Assembly (NCBI GenBank): GCA_964016885.1
Contig: OZ024742.1
Span: 40,920,001-40,984,000, forward strand
Source of the DNA: Eledone cirrhosa
Lineage: Eukaryota
Reading direction: 5' to 3'
DNA length: 64,000 bases
Positions 25,935 through 39,616 of this stretch are shown here, piece after piece. Both the position numbers and the translations under genes were made by a program. How positions within the stretch are numbered: position 1 is the first letter of the stretch; each line of letters opens with the position of its first letter. A model generated the notes under the pieces. That model had not been told where the DNA came from and ran no database searches. It saw only the letters and a program-made list of their open reading frames with translations.

Positions 25935-26158
25935 CTCTATCAGTCGTGTGTCACTTCGCGGAGAAGTTTCCGTTAATTTATGTAAGGAAAAAACGTGAGT
26001 TTTTAGTTCAATTTTATATCATTGTGTAACTTGACCACCCGTCTGGACCTTCAGCTGGTGGGTCAACTCATTTTCGCCCCTTCAGGGGCGGAATATCCAT
26101 TTAAAAAATTTTTCTCCATCGAATCTTGGAAAAAATATTGTAAAACTTTGATTACGTT

Positions 26159-28074
26159 ATGAACGCTGCGTCCAACGATAATGGTGGTGGAGAGGCGGTA
26201 AGACTACAAAGCTCGCAGTCAACAACGTCTTCTTCACTAGATACTATAGAGATGGAAAGACAAAATGAAAATAAAAAAACGAATTCACATCCAAACAACA
26301 CAAATGACACCAAACAGCTCAATGACAACAAAAATAACAGCAAAACCAATAATGATGATAAAAGCAACAATGATAACAACAACAAAGAAAAAAATAAAGA
26401 CAACGCCAATAACACCAGCATCAAAGACAACAACAACACCAAGGAAAATACGGATGATACCAACATCGGTGACAACAAGAATAACAACAACAATAACAAC
26501 AATAATGACAACACCACCAATACGGATTCCACAAAGAAACCAAAAATCTCCTTTGCGGAGAAAGTTCAAAAGAAAGAACAATTGATATATCTCGACATAA
26601 CAAATGCTGAACACCTTTTAAAGGACGCTAAGAGATATGTCACCTTCGAAAAAAATGGTGCTTTCAGCATCAATTCTCCGGTAGAAATTCGCAAGGAAAC
26701 TGCTCTCAAAACGATAGTTTTTAGGACAGTTTCCAATTCTACCCGAAAACCAGTCCAATTGTCACAGAAAGATATTGAACTGGTTTTCAAAGATTCAATG
26801 AATGATATTGCATTCATTCAAAGAAGCAAACTTTTTGGGAGTATTTCGGTACTCATGAAGGATCAATTGACGGCCCAAAATTACTCTGTGTCGCCAATTG
26901 TATCCAACCTGTACACCTTTTTCTCTACATACATGGGAAAAAGGACACAAAAGATCAGAATCACAAGTGTCACACCAAAGGTGAACATATGGTGGATACT
27001 GTGCGGCTTCATCAATTTTGATGAAGACAGAATACTGTCAGTAGGAAAGTCCCCCAGAGATGTATTCAATGGGACTAGCATTGAAGTTCTGGTGCAAATG
27101 AGCCCAGAGCGAATAGCTTTGATCCCACAGCGTGTACTCCTGGACGGACTCACCTACATAAACCTTTCGGTTGAGGGTAGGCGGCCTTCATGTTACCATT
27201 GCTTTAGCAGGGGTCACCTGAGGGCTTCCTGTCCTAAACTAATGAACCAAAAAAAGGCTCTTCTGCCGACACCCATCAAAACAACACAACCACCAACACC
27301 ACCACAACAACAACAACACCAACACACAAAAATAAACACAACAAACACAGTCCCACCCAACCCCACTCCACCTAAAACCACTGCAAATCACATACAGACA
27401 CAACAGCTCCCCAAGACATACCCCTCCCCAATCACACAGACGATACAACAGATGAGGCTATCTCGCCATCACCCAGTGAAGACGAGGGAGAACCCCATCG
27501 CTCGAAAAGAAAGAAAAGACATCACAAAAGCAAAAAACCAGCAAACACTACCACAAACATACAACCACCAACACAAACAACAAAAATATCACAAACAAAA
27601 CCCCCACCTCCTGAAAACAAAATACCTTCAACAAAACGAAAGCACACACAAGAACTACAGACAAAAACAAACACAACACAAGAAAATTACACTTACACTT
27701 ACATAAACACTGAAAACAAAACACTAATGGAGACCATCACGAACGACCCTTCGGTGAAAAGCGAAGGGAAAACTTTCGCCCACTCTATTAAAAATAGCAA
27801 AAAACTGAACCTAAAACTGATTAGGGTCCCTATACAAACTTATAGGTCCCTAAAAGAAACATTTGAGAAGGATGTGGGTAATTCCTGCGTGAAACCACTC
27901 AACCGCGTCCTTCTCAAATGCCTCCCCACCCCAGACACCCCCATCCCACCAGACCCCACCCCACCAAACATCTGCATCCCCACCCCGCCGGAAACCACCA
28001 CCCATCCAGACAACCCCTCCAACACCCCCATGGAAATCGTGCGGCCTGGTCCCCAGGAGGCGAAGGGTGAGTGA
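26159..28074 (+). pseudogene. ORF1 (gag-like nucleic-acid-binding protein) of copy A, frameshifted near 27400
   Basis: Zinc knuckle CYHCFSRGHLRASC. The C-terminal part (27727-28074, PLNRVLLK...PMEIV) matches intact ORF1 of copy C but lies in another frame. Confidence 0.88.
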
Positions 28075-28107
28075 TCTCTTTTCCTCTTTTAACTTTTCAG
28101 CACCAAC

Positions 28108-31100
28108 ATGGCCAATATAAGAGTTGGATGTGTGAACGTACGCGGCCTGGGGATGACCTGGAAACAGGGCAAACTCTTAAACGACCTCAGGTCGCACAGT
28201 ATGGATGTGGTAGCCATTTGCGAGTCCAGGATCCACGGCGAGCGACAGCTGGCCCCCCTCTTCGATGACTTTGAGATCTACGCATCTCTCTGTCAACCGG
28301 GGGGTGGGGGCGGAGTTGCCGTTTTGCTGCGGAAACACCTGGGCCTCGTAACACAGACAGTACATCTGGACCCGGAGGGTCGACTGGTGGTCCTAGACGT
28401 TGACGGTAGTGAAGGTGGAGCCTTCAGGCTGGTGGCCGCATATGCCCCATCCGGGACACCGCGGCCAGACTTCTTCAAACGTCTAGAGACTTTTCTGGGA
28501 ACGTCCCGCTCCTTGCTTTTAGTGGGGGACTGGAATGGAATCCTAGATGCACGTTGGGACTATGTGGGAGCATGTCCCGATAAAGGGGGGTGTAGCAGCC
28601 TCAAACAGTTAATCGACCGATTTGACCTGGCCGATAGATATCGACTAGATTTTCCGACTGCGCCACTGTGGACGTGGAGTAATCGTAGCGGAACATCTAG
28701 ATCGTACCTAGATAGGGTTCTAGTTAGAAATAAGGATAGGGACATGTTAAGCTGTCCACAAATGTTCATGGTTGCCTATTCAGATCACAAACTAGTGACC
28801 TGCATGGCCAACCTTGATAGAACCCATAGACAAGGACCCGGCTACTGGAAGCTGAACTTGTCGTTACCGACAAGCAAAGCCTACAGTAGACGGATTAGCA
28901 CTTTAGTTAAACAGCACTTGACAGGGGCCATTGTCAACAACAGATGGTGGTACTCTCTCAAGAGGGCAGTTAGATTAGACTCGATAGTTTTTAGTAAAGA
29001 ATTAGCGTTAGATAGAAATAGAATCGAGAAGGAACTGGTAGATAAAGTAGAAGAGGCAATTAGAAGTGGCAACGTAGCCAGCGTGCTAGCAACGAGAACG
29101 GCCTTGGACCAGTTCTTCGACGCAAAGCACGAGGGCTGCGTTGTCAGAAGCAAAATACGGGCTCTGGGAAACGAGGGAGCCAAAGCTGTTAGCTGGGCCC
29201 GAGTGACGGAGGCAAAAAGTGGCAACAAGTCCGCGATTCGGTCTTTGAAGGACCAAAACGGACGCGTGATACGTGAGCCGAAGCAGATGTGTGCGGCTTT
29301 TCAGCGGCACTTTGCTCGGCTGTTCGGGGGGAGCGGCGCGCCGTGAGAGGCTATGGATTTCGGTCCATACCTCGACGGCCTACCGCGACTCTCGGACAGC
29401 GAGGCAAAGTTCTGCGAAAAGCCGATTTCAGCCACTGAGATAGGGGACGCGCTGAGCCAATGCGGCAAACGCAAATCTCCAGGTCTCGACGGTCTACCCT
29501 ACGAATTTTACGTAGCAATGCCGGACTTATTCTCCGGTCTCCTGGAAGTGGTCTACTGCAACTGGCAACAGAACGGGAGAATTCCCAGTTCTGTAACCGG
29601 GGGCGTGGTCACACTAATCAGGAAAGACGAGAATAAGGGGGATGACATAGGCAACTTCCGGCCCATAACTCTGCTAAACACAGAGTTACAGATTTTGGCC
29701 AAGGTGTTGGCAAAGAGGCTGGCGCTTGTCGTCGAGAACCTGGTGGGAGAAGCGCAGACATGCGCAATCCCGACCAGGTCCATACACGACAACCTCCACC
29801 TCATGCGATACATCATAGAGAGGGTTGGGTGTAAACCCGGCTTCGGTGGGGCCCTGATCAACTTGGATCAGTCTAAGGCTTTCGATAGGGTTGACCATCG
29901 TTACCTGGATGCGCTGCTCGAGGCGGCAGGCTTCGGACCCGTATTCAGGGGCTGGATCGCTGCAATGCACAACAGCAACATCTGCTCAAGGGTCAAGGTG
30001 AACGGCTACCTCTCGGAGCCGTTCCATATTACGCGATCCATTCGACAGGGATGCCCTCTCTCCTCCCTTCTGTACGTACTGACTCTCGAGCCACTACTGC
30101 GGAAGCTGGAGCTATTGCAGGGCATCTCTCTGGAACCGGGACTGCGGAAAGCGGCGTCGGCCTACGTTGACGACGTGACCGTAATGGTGTCGAACGCCTC
30201 GCAAATCGAGGAAGTCGGCACCTTACTGAAGGAATACGAAAGTCTCACAGGAGCTAAGCTGAACCGGGACAAGTCCATCGGTTTGCAACTCGGATCGTGG
30301 AGAGGCAGACCGATGCCTTCCGATGGCGTCGTCGGACGCTGGACGGAAGGACCGGTAAAGCTGCTCGGGGTCTGGTTTGGTCCGGACCTCCAGGTGGAGA
30401 AGAACTGGAACGAAGTGACGGCCAAGGTGTTTGCACTCACCCAGAAGTGGGCCGAGTGCAAACTATCCTTGAAAGGTCGAGCGGAGGTGGCGAACACTTT
30501 TATAGCGTCCGTCATCTACTACCGCTTGACCGTCGTGCCTTGTCCAGCCAAAACGCTCGCCAAAATGAGCGCGCGCTCTTCCGATTCCTTTGGAAGAGGC
30601 GGGCTCCTTTGGTGAGAAGATCCATCTGCTGCCAACACCCTTCTAACGGAGGGCTGGGGATGCCGTGGTTGACGATGCGCAAACACGCGCTCAGGCTGCG
30701 GCATCTCTACGTATTCCTCACCGGACAACCGGTGTGGGCCCCGTTCGTGAGGCGAGCCTTCCCACGACTCGTCTCGCTGACCGAGCTGCAGTCCTGGGTC
30801 AAGCAAAGACCGAGGAAAATGGGCGACTGGCACATCGAATGTGCTCAGGCGCTCACAGCCCTCTGGCAGGCGGACCCGGCGATCAGTGGAGACTCCACTT
30901 CGTCATTCTATAGAGGGTTAGTCCGCAGCAAGTGCGACGACGCGCTCGGTGAAACTCTAGGCGTAGAGGAAGATGAACTGGCCAGTCTGTTCGGTAGGAC
31001 CTTCCGCCCGGGACCGATGGACAACTTCCAAAAGTCCCTGGCCTGGCAGTGCTACCGAGGAGCTCTACCAGTTCGAGACAAGCTCTACAGACATGGGCGC

Positions 31101-31544
31101 CCGGGCAGGGACCCTGCAAAAAAGATCTGTCCGAGGTGCGTGCGAGACGAAGAAACCGTCGCGCATGCATTCATACACTGCCCGGGCGTCACTGACCTGT
31201 GGGGCTATGTAGAACGACTATTGTCGCGGGTGGGACCAGTCCAGTTGACCACCGAGTCCATTGTCATGAACAAACCGCCACCCTCCTTCAAAAACGAAGG
31301 AGAGGCGGTTTTCCTTTGTGTGATAGCTATGGCGAAAGAGGTTGTATGGTGGACAAGGTTGAAAGGGCTGAGGTCAGGCACCTTTCTCTCCGGCCAACAA
31401 CTGATTCTTTTTTTCAAATACCACTTTGGAAGAAGAATCAGGATGGAGAGAGAGGTGCTGTACCCCAGCAAGTTTTATGAAAGGTGGGTGAAAGTGGCGA
31501 GAATGGCCCGAGTGAATGGGCCTTCTCTCTATATCAGCCTGTAG
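28108..31544 (+). pseudogene. ORF2 (APE endonuclease, reverse transcriptase, C-terminal Cys/His motif) of copy A, disrupted
   Basis: EN motifs NVRG, GDWN, YLDR, SDH. RT motifs KSPGLDG, FRPITLLN, KAFDRV, QGCPLS. TGA at 29344 (GGA in the sibling), YVDD instead of YADD, and a 1-nt deletion near 30567. Confidence 0.93.
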
Positions 31545-31663
31545 GTTGAGGAAAAGGAGGAGGAGAGGAAGGGAGTACAAACTCTTCGTACTCCTGGAGA
31601 TGAGGGTTGCACATTTTTTTCCGGGGGTATGTGTTACCCATATAAACTGTCTCCCTCTATATA

Positions 31664-31684
31664 ATATATCTATCTATCTATCTC

Positions 31685-31719
<35 letters not shown>

Positions 31720-31720
31720 C

Positions 31721-31766
<46 letters not shown>
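31664..31766. repeat. (TATC)n spacer tract
   Basis: Direct observation. Confidence 0.97.
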
Positions 31767-34265
31767 AGATGTGTGCGGATTTTCAGCGGCACTTTGCTCG
31801 GCTGTTCGTGGGGAGCAGCGCGCCGGGAGAGGCTATGGATTTCGGTCCATACCTCGACGGCCTACCGCGACTCTCGGACAGCCAGGCAAAGTTCTGCGAA
31901 AAGCCGATTTCAGCCACTGAGATAGGGGACGCGCTGAGCCAATGCGGCAAACGCAAATCTCCAGGTCTCGACGGTCTACCCTACGAATTTTACGTAGCAA
32001 TGCCGGACTTATTCTCCGGTCTCCTGGAAGCGGTCTACTGCAACTGGCAACAGAACGGGAGAATTCCCAGTTCTGTAACCAGGGGCGTGGTCACACTAAT
32101 CAGGAAGGACGAGAATAAGGGGGATGACATAGGCAACTTCCGGCCCATAACTCTGCTAAACACAGAGTTACAGATTTTGGCCAAGGTGTTGGCAAAGAGG
32201 CTGGCGCTTGTCGTTGAGAACCTGGTGGGAGAAGCGCAGACATGCGCGATCCCGACCAGGTCCATACACGACAACCTCCACCTCATGCGATACATCATAG
32301 AGAGGGTAGGGTGTAAACCCGGCTTCGGTGGGGCCCTGATCAACTTGGATCAGTCTAAGGCTTTCGATAGGGTTGACCATCGTTACCTGGATGCGGTGCT
32401 CGAGGCGGCAGGCTTCGGACCCGTGTTCAGGGGCTGGATTGCTGCAATGCACAACAGCAACATCTGCTCAAGGGTCAAGGTGAACGGTTACCTCTCGGAG
32501 CCGTTCCATATTACGCGATCCATTCGACAGGGATGCCCTCTCTCCTCCCTTCTGTACGTACTGACTCTCGAGCCACTACTGCGGAAGCTGGAGCTATTGC
32601 AGGGCATCCCTCTGGAACCGGGACTGCGGAAAGCGGCGTCGGCCTACGCCGACGACGTGACAGTAATGGTGTCGAGCGCCTCGCAAATCGAGGAAGTCGG
32701 CACCTTACTAAAGGAATACGAAAGTCTCACAGGAGCGAAGCTGAACCGGGACAAGTCCATCGGTTTGCAACTCGGATCGTGGAGAGGCAGACCGATGCCT
32801 TCCGATGGCGTCGTCGGACGCTGGACGGAAGGACCGGTAAAGCTGCTCGGGGTCTGGTTTGGTCCGGACCTCCAGGTGGAGAAGAACTGGAACGAAGTGA
32901 CGGCCAAGGTGTTTGCACTCACCCAGAAGTGGGCCGAGTGCAAACTATCCTTGAAAGGTCGAGCGGAGGTGGCGAACACTTTTATAGCGTCCGCCATCTA
33001 CTACCGCTTGACCGTCGTGCCTTGTCCAGCCAAAACGCTCGCCAAAATGGAGCGCGCCCTCTTCCGATTCCTTTGGAAGAGGCGGGCTCCTTTGGTAAGA
33101 AGATCCATCTGCTGCCAACACCCTTCTAACGGAGGGCTGGGGATGCCGTGGTTGACGATGCGCAAACACGCGCTCAGGCTGCGGCATCTCTACGTATTCC
33201 TCACCGGACAACCGGTGTGGGCCCCGTTCGTGAGGCGAGCCTTCCCACGACTCGTCTCGCTGACCGAGCTGCAGTCCTGGGTCAAGCAGAGACCGAGGAA
33301 AATGGGCGACTGGCACATCGAATGTGCTCAGGCGCTCACAGCCCTCTGGCAGGCGGACCCAGCGATCAGTGGAGACTCCACTTCGTCATTCTATAGAGGG
33401 TTGGTCCGCAGCAAGTGCGACGACGCGCTCGGTGAAACTCTGGGCGTGGAGGAAGATGAACTGGCCAGTCTGTTCGGTAGGACCTTCCTCCCGGGACCGA
33501 TGGACAACTTCCAAAAGTCCCTGGCCTGGCAGTGCTACCGAGGAGCTCTACCAGTTCGAGACAAGCTCTACAGACATGGGCGCCCGGGCAGGGACCCTGC
33601 AAAAAAGATCTGTCCGAGGTGCGTGCGAGACGAAGAAACCGTCGCGCACGCATTCATACACTGCCCGGGCGTCACTGACCTGTGGGGCTATGTAGAACGA
33701 CTATTGTCGCGGGTGGGACCAATCCAGTTGACCACCGAGTCCATTGTCATGATCAAACCGCCACCCTCCTTCAAAAACGAAGGAGAGGCGGTTTTCCTTT
33801 GTGTGATAGCTATGGCGAAAGAGGTTGTATGGTGGACACGGTTGAAAGGGCTGAGGTCAGACACCTTTCTCTCCGGCCAACAACTGATTCTTTTTTTCAA
33901 ATACCACTTTGGAAGAAGAATCAGGATGGAGAGAGAGGTGCTGTACCCCAGCAAGTTTTATGAAAGGTGGGTGAAAGTGGCGAGAATGGCCCGAGTGAAT
34001 GGGCCTTCTCTCTATATCAGCCTGTAGGTTGAGGAAAAGGAGGAGGAGAGGAAAGGAGTACAAGCTCTTCGTACTCCTGGAGATGAGGGTTGCACATTTT
34101 TTTCGGGGGTCTGTGTTACCCATATAAACTGTCTCCCTCTATTGGGGAAAATCGACTAACTTTTAAATTCCATCTGTGATAACATTTTACACGTTTTTAT
34201 TGTATGTAAACTTCCCCCCTTTGTATTTGTCCCCTTCTTTTGTGCCCCTGTGGCTAATAAAGAAA
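31766..34265 (+). mobile_element. 5'-truncated Tx1-like copy, subfamily A; open RT-to-C-terminus frame 31769-34027 plus complete 3' UTR
   Basis: Near-identical to 29284-31660 but without its lesions (YADD intact). Ends AATAAAGAAA then TATC. Confidence 0.95.
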
Positions 34266-34267
34266 TA

Positions 34268-34300
<33 letters not shown>

Positions 34301-34373
34301 CTATCTCTCTCTCTATCTATCTATCTATCTATCTAAAAAGTTTTTTCTTGTTGAAAAGTCAATATTTTTTTAA

Positions 34374-36163
34374 ATGGCCGAAGCTTCTTCACCAAAATTC
34401 GAAGGAGGAAAGGGGAAGATGAACTTACAGCTTCCCCCTGCCACTGTCACAGTAGCAGAGGTCAAGAAGATAGGTCAGCCAGAGGAAGAATTCTCTCCAC
34501 CTGTTAACCGACAACTTGACGTTGCCATGGCAACAACCCAAAGAACCAGCAGCAACAGCAACAACAACAACAATGCGACGGACGAAAGCAACACCAATAA
34601 CAATAACAATAACAACAACAAGACCAATAACGGTGACAACAACAACAATGATAACAACAACACCACCAACGACAACAACAACACAAACAAACAAAATTTC
34701 TCCTTCGCCGAGACGACAAGGAAAACCCTCGACTATCTGCCAGTAGATATAACAAAAGCGAAGGAGCTACTGGCGGATGCGAAAAAATATATAGTGTACG
34801 GGGAAAATGGTTCATTCACAATCCATTCCCCCCCCGGAACTAAAAAGCCAGAGACTCCTAAACACGGTCATGTTTAGGACAATCTCGAACAAAAGTAAAA
34901 AACCAGCTCAACCATCACAGAGCGAGATAGAGCTGGTTTTAAAAGACGTCATGAAGGACATCACCTTCATTCAGAAGGATAGACTCTTACGGGAGTCTAT
35001 CCATTCTCATGAAGGACAGGGACACAGCAGTGAAACTGTCCATCAAACCAATCACATCCACCGCATACACCTTCTACCCTACGTACATGGGTAGAAGAAC
35101 ACAAAAAATAAAAATCCACACCATCCTGCCGATTATGGACATATGGTGGGTTTTGACAGGTTTTCTGGACCTGGAGGATGACATGCTGGTGTCCATGGGA
35201 AAGGCATCGGGTGACGCGTTCAGTGGAACGAGCCTCGAACTTGTAGTTCAAATGAGGCCCGAAAGGATCGCCCAGATCCCTGAACGCGTCATACTGGATG
35301 ATCTAACCTTCATCAACATTACCGTTGAGGGTAGACGGCCCTCGTGTTACCTCTGCGGAACCAGAGGTCACCTGAGGGCTGTCTGTCCCCAACTTAATAA
35401 GAAAACCCCAATCCTGCCTACACCACCAACAACTGCACAACCAACACAATCACCACAACTACCACTACAAAAACAACCACCACAGCCCAAACCAAAACAA
35501 AACAATGTCCAACCCATCCCCTCCACTCAAAAAACAAAAACAATTTCCAAAACACCCGTACCGCAAACACAACCCGAAAATATACCCCTCCCCTCCAACG
35601 CGGAAGATGACCCTAGTTCGTCGTCAGACGAGGAGGAGCACTTCCACACAATCAAAAGAAAAAAAAGAAAACACACCTCAGACACACAAATGAAAAAAAC
35701 CCCTCCCCAAAACATAACACTGACACCAACACAAAAGAGCTCACAACAGCAAACAAAAAACACCACACAAAAACAAAAACATGCATACACATACATAAAT
35801 ACAAGAAACAAAAAACTGTTAAACATTGTGTACAACAACAATCTAATAAAAACACAAGGGCCTAACTTCACCCAGGCAGGGGATTTCCCCCACCTCAAAA
35901 TGATTAAGGCCCCACAGGACACCTATAAAACTTTAAAAAACAATTTTAAAGAGGACGTGGGTCCCCCCTGCGTCGGGCCCATTAACCGCGTCCTCCTAAA
36001 AAACTATCCCACCCCCTCCCCAAACACCCTCACAACTCCAAGCTCCCCAACCACACAACACACTGATGCCCCCACACTTCCACAAACCACCACCCCACCC
36101 AACAACCCATCCCCCACCCTAATGGAAATTGTGCAGCCCGACACCCGGGACGCAGAGAGGTAA
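34374..36163 (+). pseudogene. ORF1 of copy B (two frameshifts near 34860 and 34990)
   Basis: Track ORFs 34374, 34807 and 35009 tile one ORF1 homolog: poly-Asn N-terminus, CYLCGTRGHLRAVC knuckle, KRKKRK motif, PINRVLLK. Confidence 0.88.
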
Positions 36164-36187
36164 GTGCCTTTTCTCTTCACCACCAAC

Positions 36188-39100
36188 ATGGCTATGCTAA
36201 GAGTAGGCTGTTTAAATGCGCGTGGCCTGGGCTCAACTTGGAAGCAAGCAATGCTTCTAAATGACCTCAGGTCACAACGTATAGATGTGATGGTTATTTG
36301 CGAGGCCCGGATCAGCAACGTGCGACAGCTGGCCCCCACCTTTGATGACTTTGAGATGCACGCATCTCTCTGTCAGCCCGGAGGTGGGGGTGGAGTTGTC
36401 GTTCTGCTGCAAAAACATCTGGGTCTCGCAACACAGATGGTACATTTGGACCCGGAGGGTCGACTAGTGGTTCTGGACCTTGGCAGTGGTAAAGGCGGAG
36501 CGTTTAGGTTGGTAGCCGCCTACGGCCCTTTCGGGTCAATGCGGCCGGACTTCTTCCATCGTCTGGAGACTTTTCTAGGGACGTCCCGCTCCTTGCTATT
36601 AGTGGGGGACTGGAATGGTATCCTAGATGCACGCTGGGACTACGTAGGGGCCTGCCCCGATAGAGAGGGGTGTAATAGCCTCAAAGGGTTAATCGGTCGA
36701 TTTGACCTGGCCGATAGATATCGACTAGATTTTCCGACTGCGCCAACCTGGACTTGGGCAAATCGTAGCGGATCATCTAGGTCGTACCTAGATAGGTTCT
36801 TAGTTAGAATTAAGGATAAGGACTTTTTAAGTTGTCCAAAAATGCGCATTGTTGGCTATTCAGACCACAAATTAGTGACCTGCATGGTCAACCTCGACAT
36901 AACTCATAGACAGGGCCCCGGTTACTGGAAGCTCAACTTGTCCTTGCCGGCAAGTAGAGCCTACAGGAATCGGATTAGTACGTTAGTTAAGGAACGGTTG
37001 ACTGGAGCGATCGTCAACAGCAGGTGGTGGGTATCTCTAAAGAGAGAGATTAGAGTAGTCTCGATAGAATTTAGTAAGGTTCTAGCTGCGGATAGGAATA
37101 GGAAGGAAAGGGAGCTAATAGATAGAGTAGAAGAGGCAATTAGAAGCGGCGACGTGGCCAGAGTGCTAGCGTCGAGAACGGCTTGAGCCAGTTTTTCGAC
37201 GCGAAGCACGAAGGCTGCGTTGTCCGAAGTAAAATACGTGCTCTAGGGAACGAGGGGACCAAAGCTGTTAGCTGGGCCCGCGTGACAGAGGCCAACAGTG
37301 GAACTAAATCCACCATCGGGTCTTTGCGAGACCTGGATGGACGGGCGATTCTTGAGCCTAAGCAGATGTGTGAGGCCTTTCAAAGGCACTTTGCCCGACT
37401 GTTCGGGAGGGGCGGGGAGCCGGTTGGGAACGTGGACTTCGGTCCATACCTCGACGGCCTGCCGCGCCTCTCGGACAGGGAGGCGAAGTCCTGCGAGGAG
37501 CCGATTTCGGCCGCTGAGATAGAGGACGTGCTGAGCCAATGCGGCAAACGCAAATCCCCGGGTCTCGATGGTCTTCCTTACGAATTATATCTAGCTATGC
37601 CGGACTTGTTCCCCGATCTCCTCGAGGCGGTCTACTGCAACTGGCAACAGAACGGGAGAATTCCCTGTACTGTGACCAAGGGCGTAGTCACGCTAGTGAG
37701 GAAGGACGAGAACAAGGGGGACGAAATAAGTAACTTCAGGCCCATAACACTGCTAAATACAGAGTTACAGATTTTGGCCAAGGTGCTAGCAAAGAGGTTG
37801 GCGCTTGTCGTGGGCAACCTGGTGGGAGATGCGCAGACATGCGCTATCCCGTCCAGGTCCATCCATGACAACCTCCACCTCATGCGATACATCATAGAGA
37901 GGGTTGGGAACGAACCCGGCTTTGGTGGGGCTCTGATCAACTTGGATCAATCTAAGGCGTTCGATAGGGTCGACCATGGTTACCTGGATGCGGTGCTAGC
38001 GGCGGCAGGCTTCGGACCCGTTTTCAGGGGCTGGATCACTGCTATGCACAGCAGCCGCATCTGCTCTAGGGTCAAGGTGAACGGCTACCTCTCGGAGCCG
38101 TTCAAAATCGCGCGGTCCATCCGACAAGGGTGCCCTCTCTCCTCCCTTCTGTATGTGTTGACTCTCGAGCCACTACTGCGGAAGTTGGAGTTGTTGCAGG
38201 GCATCCCTTTGGAACCGGGATTGCGGAAAGCGGTGTCGGCCTACGCCGATGACGTGACAGTAATGGTGTCGACGGCCTCCGAAATCGAGGCGGTCGGCAG
38301 CTTACTGGAGGAGTACGAAAAGTTCACAGGGGCTAAGCTGAACCGGGACAAGTCGATCGGTTTGCAACTCGGCATGTGGAGGGGCAGACCGATGCCCTCC
38401 GATAGCGTCGTCGGACGCTGGACGGAGGGCCCGGTGAAGTTGCTCGGGGTCTGGTTCGGACCGGACCTCCAGGTGGAGAAAAACTGGGCGGAGGTTACGA
38501 ACAGGGTGTTTGCACTGACCCAGAAGTTGCAAACTATCCCTGAAAGGTCGGGCGGAGGTGGCGAACACCGACATAGCGTCCGTCATCTACTACCGCCTGA
38601 CCGTAGTGCCCTGCCCAAGGGAAACCCTCACCAAGATGGAGCGCGCGCTCTTCTAATTCCTTTGGAAGAGGCGGGCTCCTATGGTGAGGAGATCCATCTG
38701 CTGTCAACACCCTTCGAAAGGAGGGCTGGGGATGCCGTGGCTAATGATGCGTAAACACGCATTAAGGCTACGGCACCTCTACGTATTCCTCACCGGACAA
38801 CCGGTGTGGGCCTCGTTTGTGAGACGAACCTTTCCCAGACTCGTCTCACTCACCGAGCTGCAATCCTGGGTCAAGCAAAGACCGAGAAAACTGGGCGCCT
38901 GGCACACTGAGTGTGCCCAGGCGCTCACCGCCCTCTGGCAGGCGGATCCGGTTATCAGTGGAGACTCCACCGCAACATTCTATAGAGGGCTGGTGCGCAG
39001 CAGGTGCGACGACGCCCTCGGAGAAGCCCTAGACATGGAGGAGGACGATTTGGCCAGCCTGTTCGGTAGGACATTCAGCCCGGGACCTATGGACAACTTC

Positions 39101-39616
39101 CAGAAGTCCCTGGCCTGGCAGTGCTACCGAGGGGCTTTACCCGTTCGAGAAAGGCTCTACAGACACGGGCGCCCGGGTAGGGACCCCGCCAAAAAGATCT
39201 GTCCCAGATGCGTGTGCGACGAGGAAACCGTTGCACACGCATTAGTACACTGCTCGGGCGTAGCCGATCTGTGGGGCTATGTCGAACAACTGCTGTCAAG
39301 GGTGGGACCGATCCGGTTGACCACCGAGTCTATTGTAATGATCAAGCCGCCTCCCCCCTTCAAAGATGAAGCAGAGGCGGTGTTTCTGTGCGTAATAGCC
39401 ATGGCGAAAGAGGTTGTATGGTGGACGCGTCTGAAAGGACTGAGGTCGGGCACCTTTCTCTCTGGCCAACAACTGGTCCGTTTCTTCCGATATCATTTCG
39501 GAAGAAGGATCAGGATGGAGAGAGAGGTGCTGCACCCCAGCCGTTTCTATGAAAGATGGGTGAAAGTGGCGAGAATGACCCGTGTGAATGGGCCTTCACT
39601 CTACATCAGACTATAG
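36188..39616 (+). pseudogene. ORF2 of copy B (APE-RT-CCHC), disrupted
   Basis: EN/RT motifs as above with YADD. Frameshift near 37183, small deletion near 38527, in-frame TAA at 38654. Confidence 0.93.

Larger units (their letters stand above)
25942..31660 (+). mobile_element. Near full-length Tx1/L1-group non-LTR retrotransposon, subfamily A (disabled; 3' UTR cut short)
   Basis: 5' UTR, ORF1 (CCHC knuckle) and ORF2 (APE-RT-CCHC), flanked by TATC tracts. Lacks the final about 125 bp with the AATAAA seen in sibling copies. Confidence 0.95.

Noticed and set aside
28067-28100. 34-nt micro-intron fusing ORF1 to ORF2 in copy A (GTGAGT...TTTTCAG)
   Set aside because: Very short, the join is out of frame with ORF2, and the AG is absent in B (TTCAC) and C.
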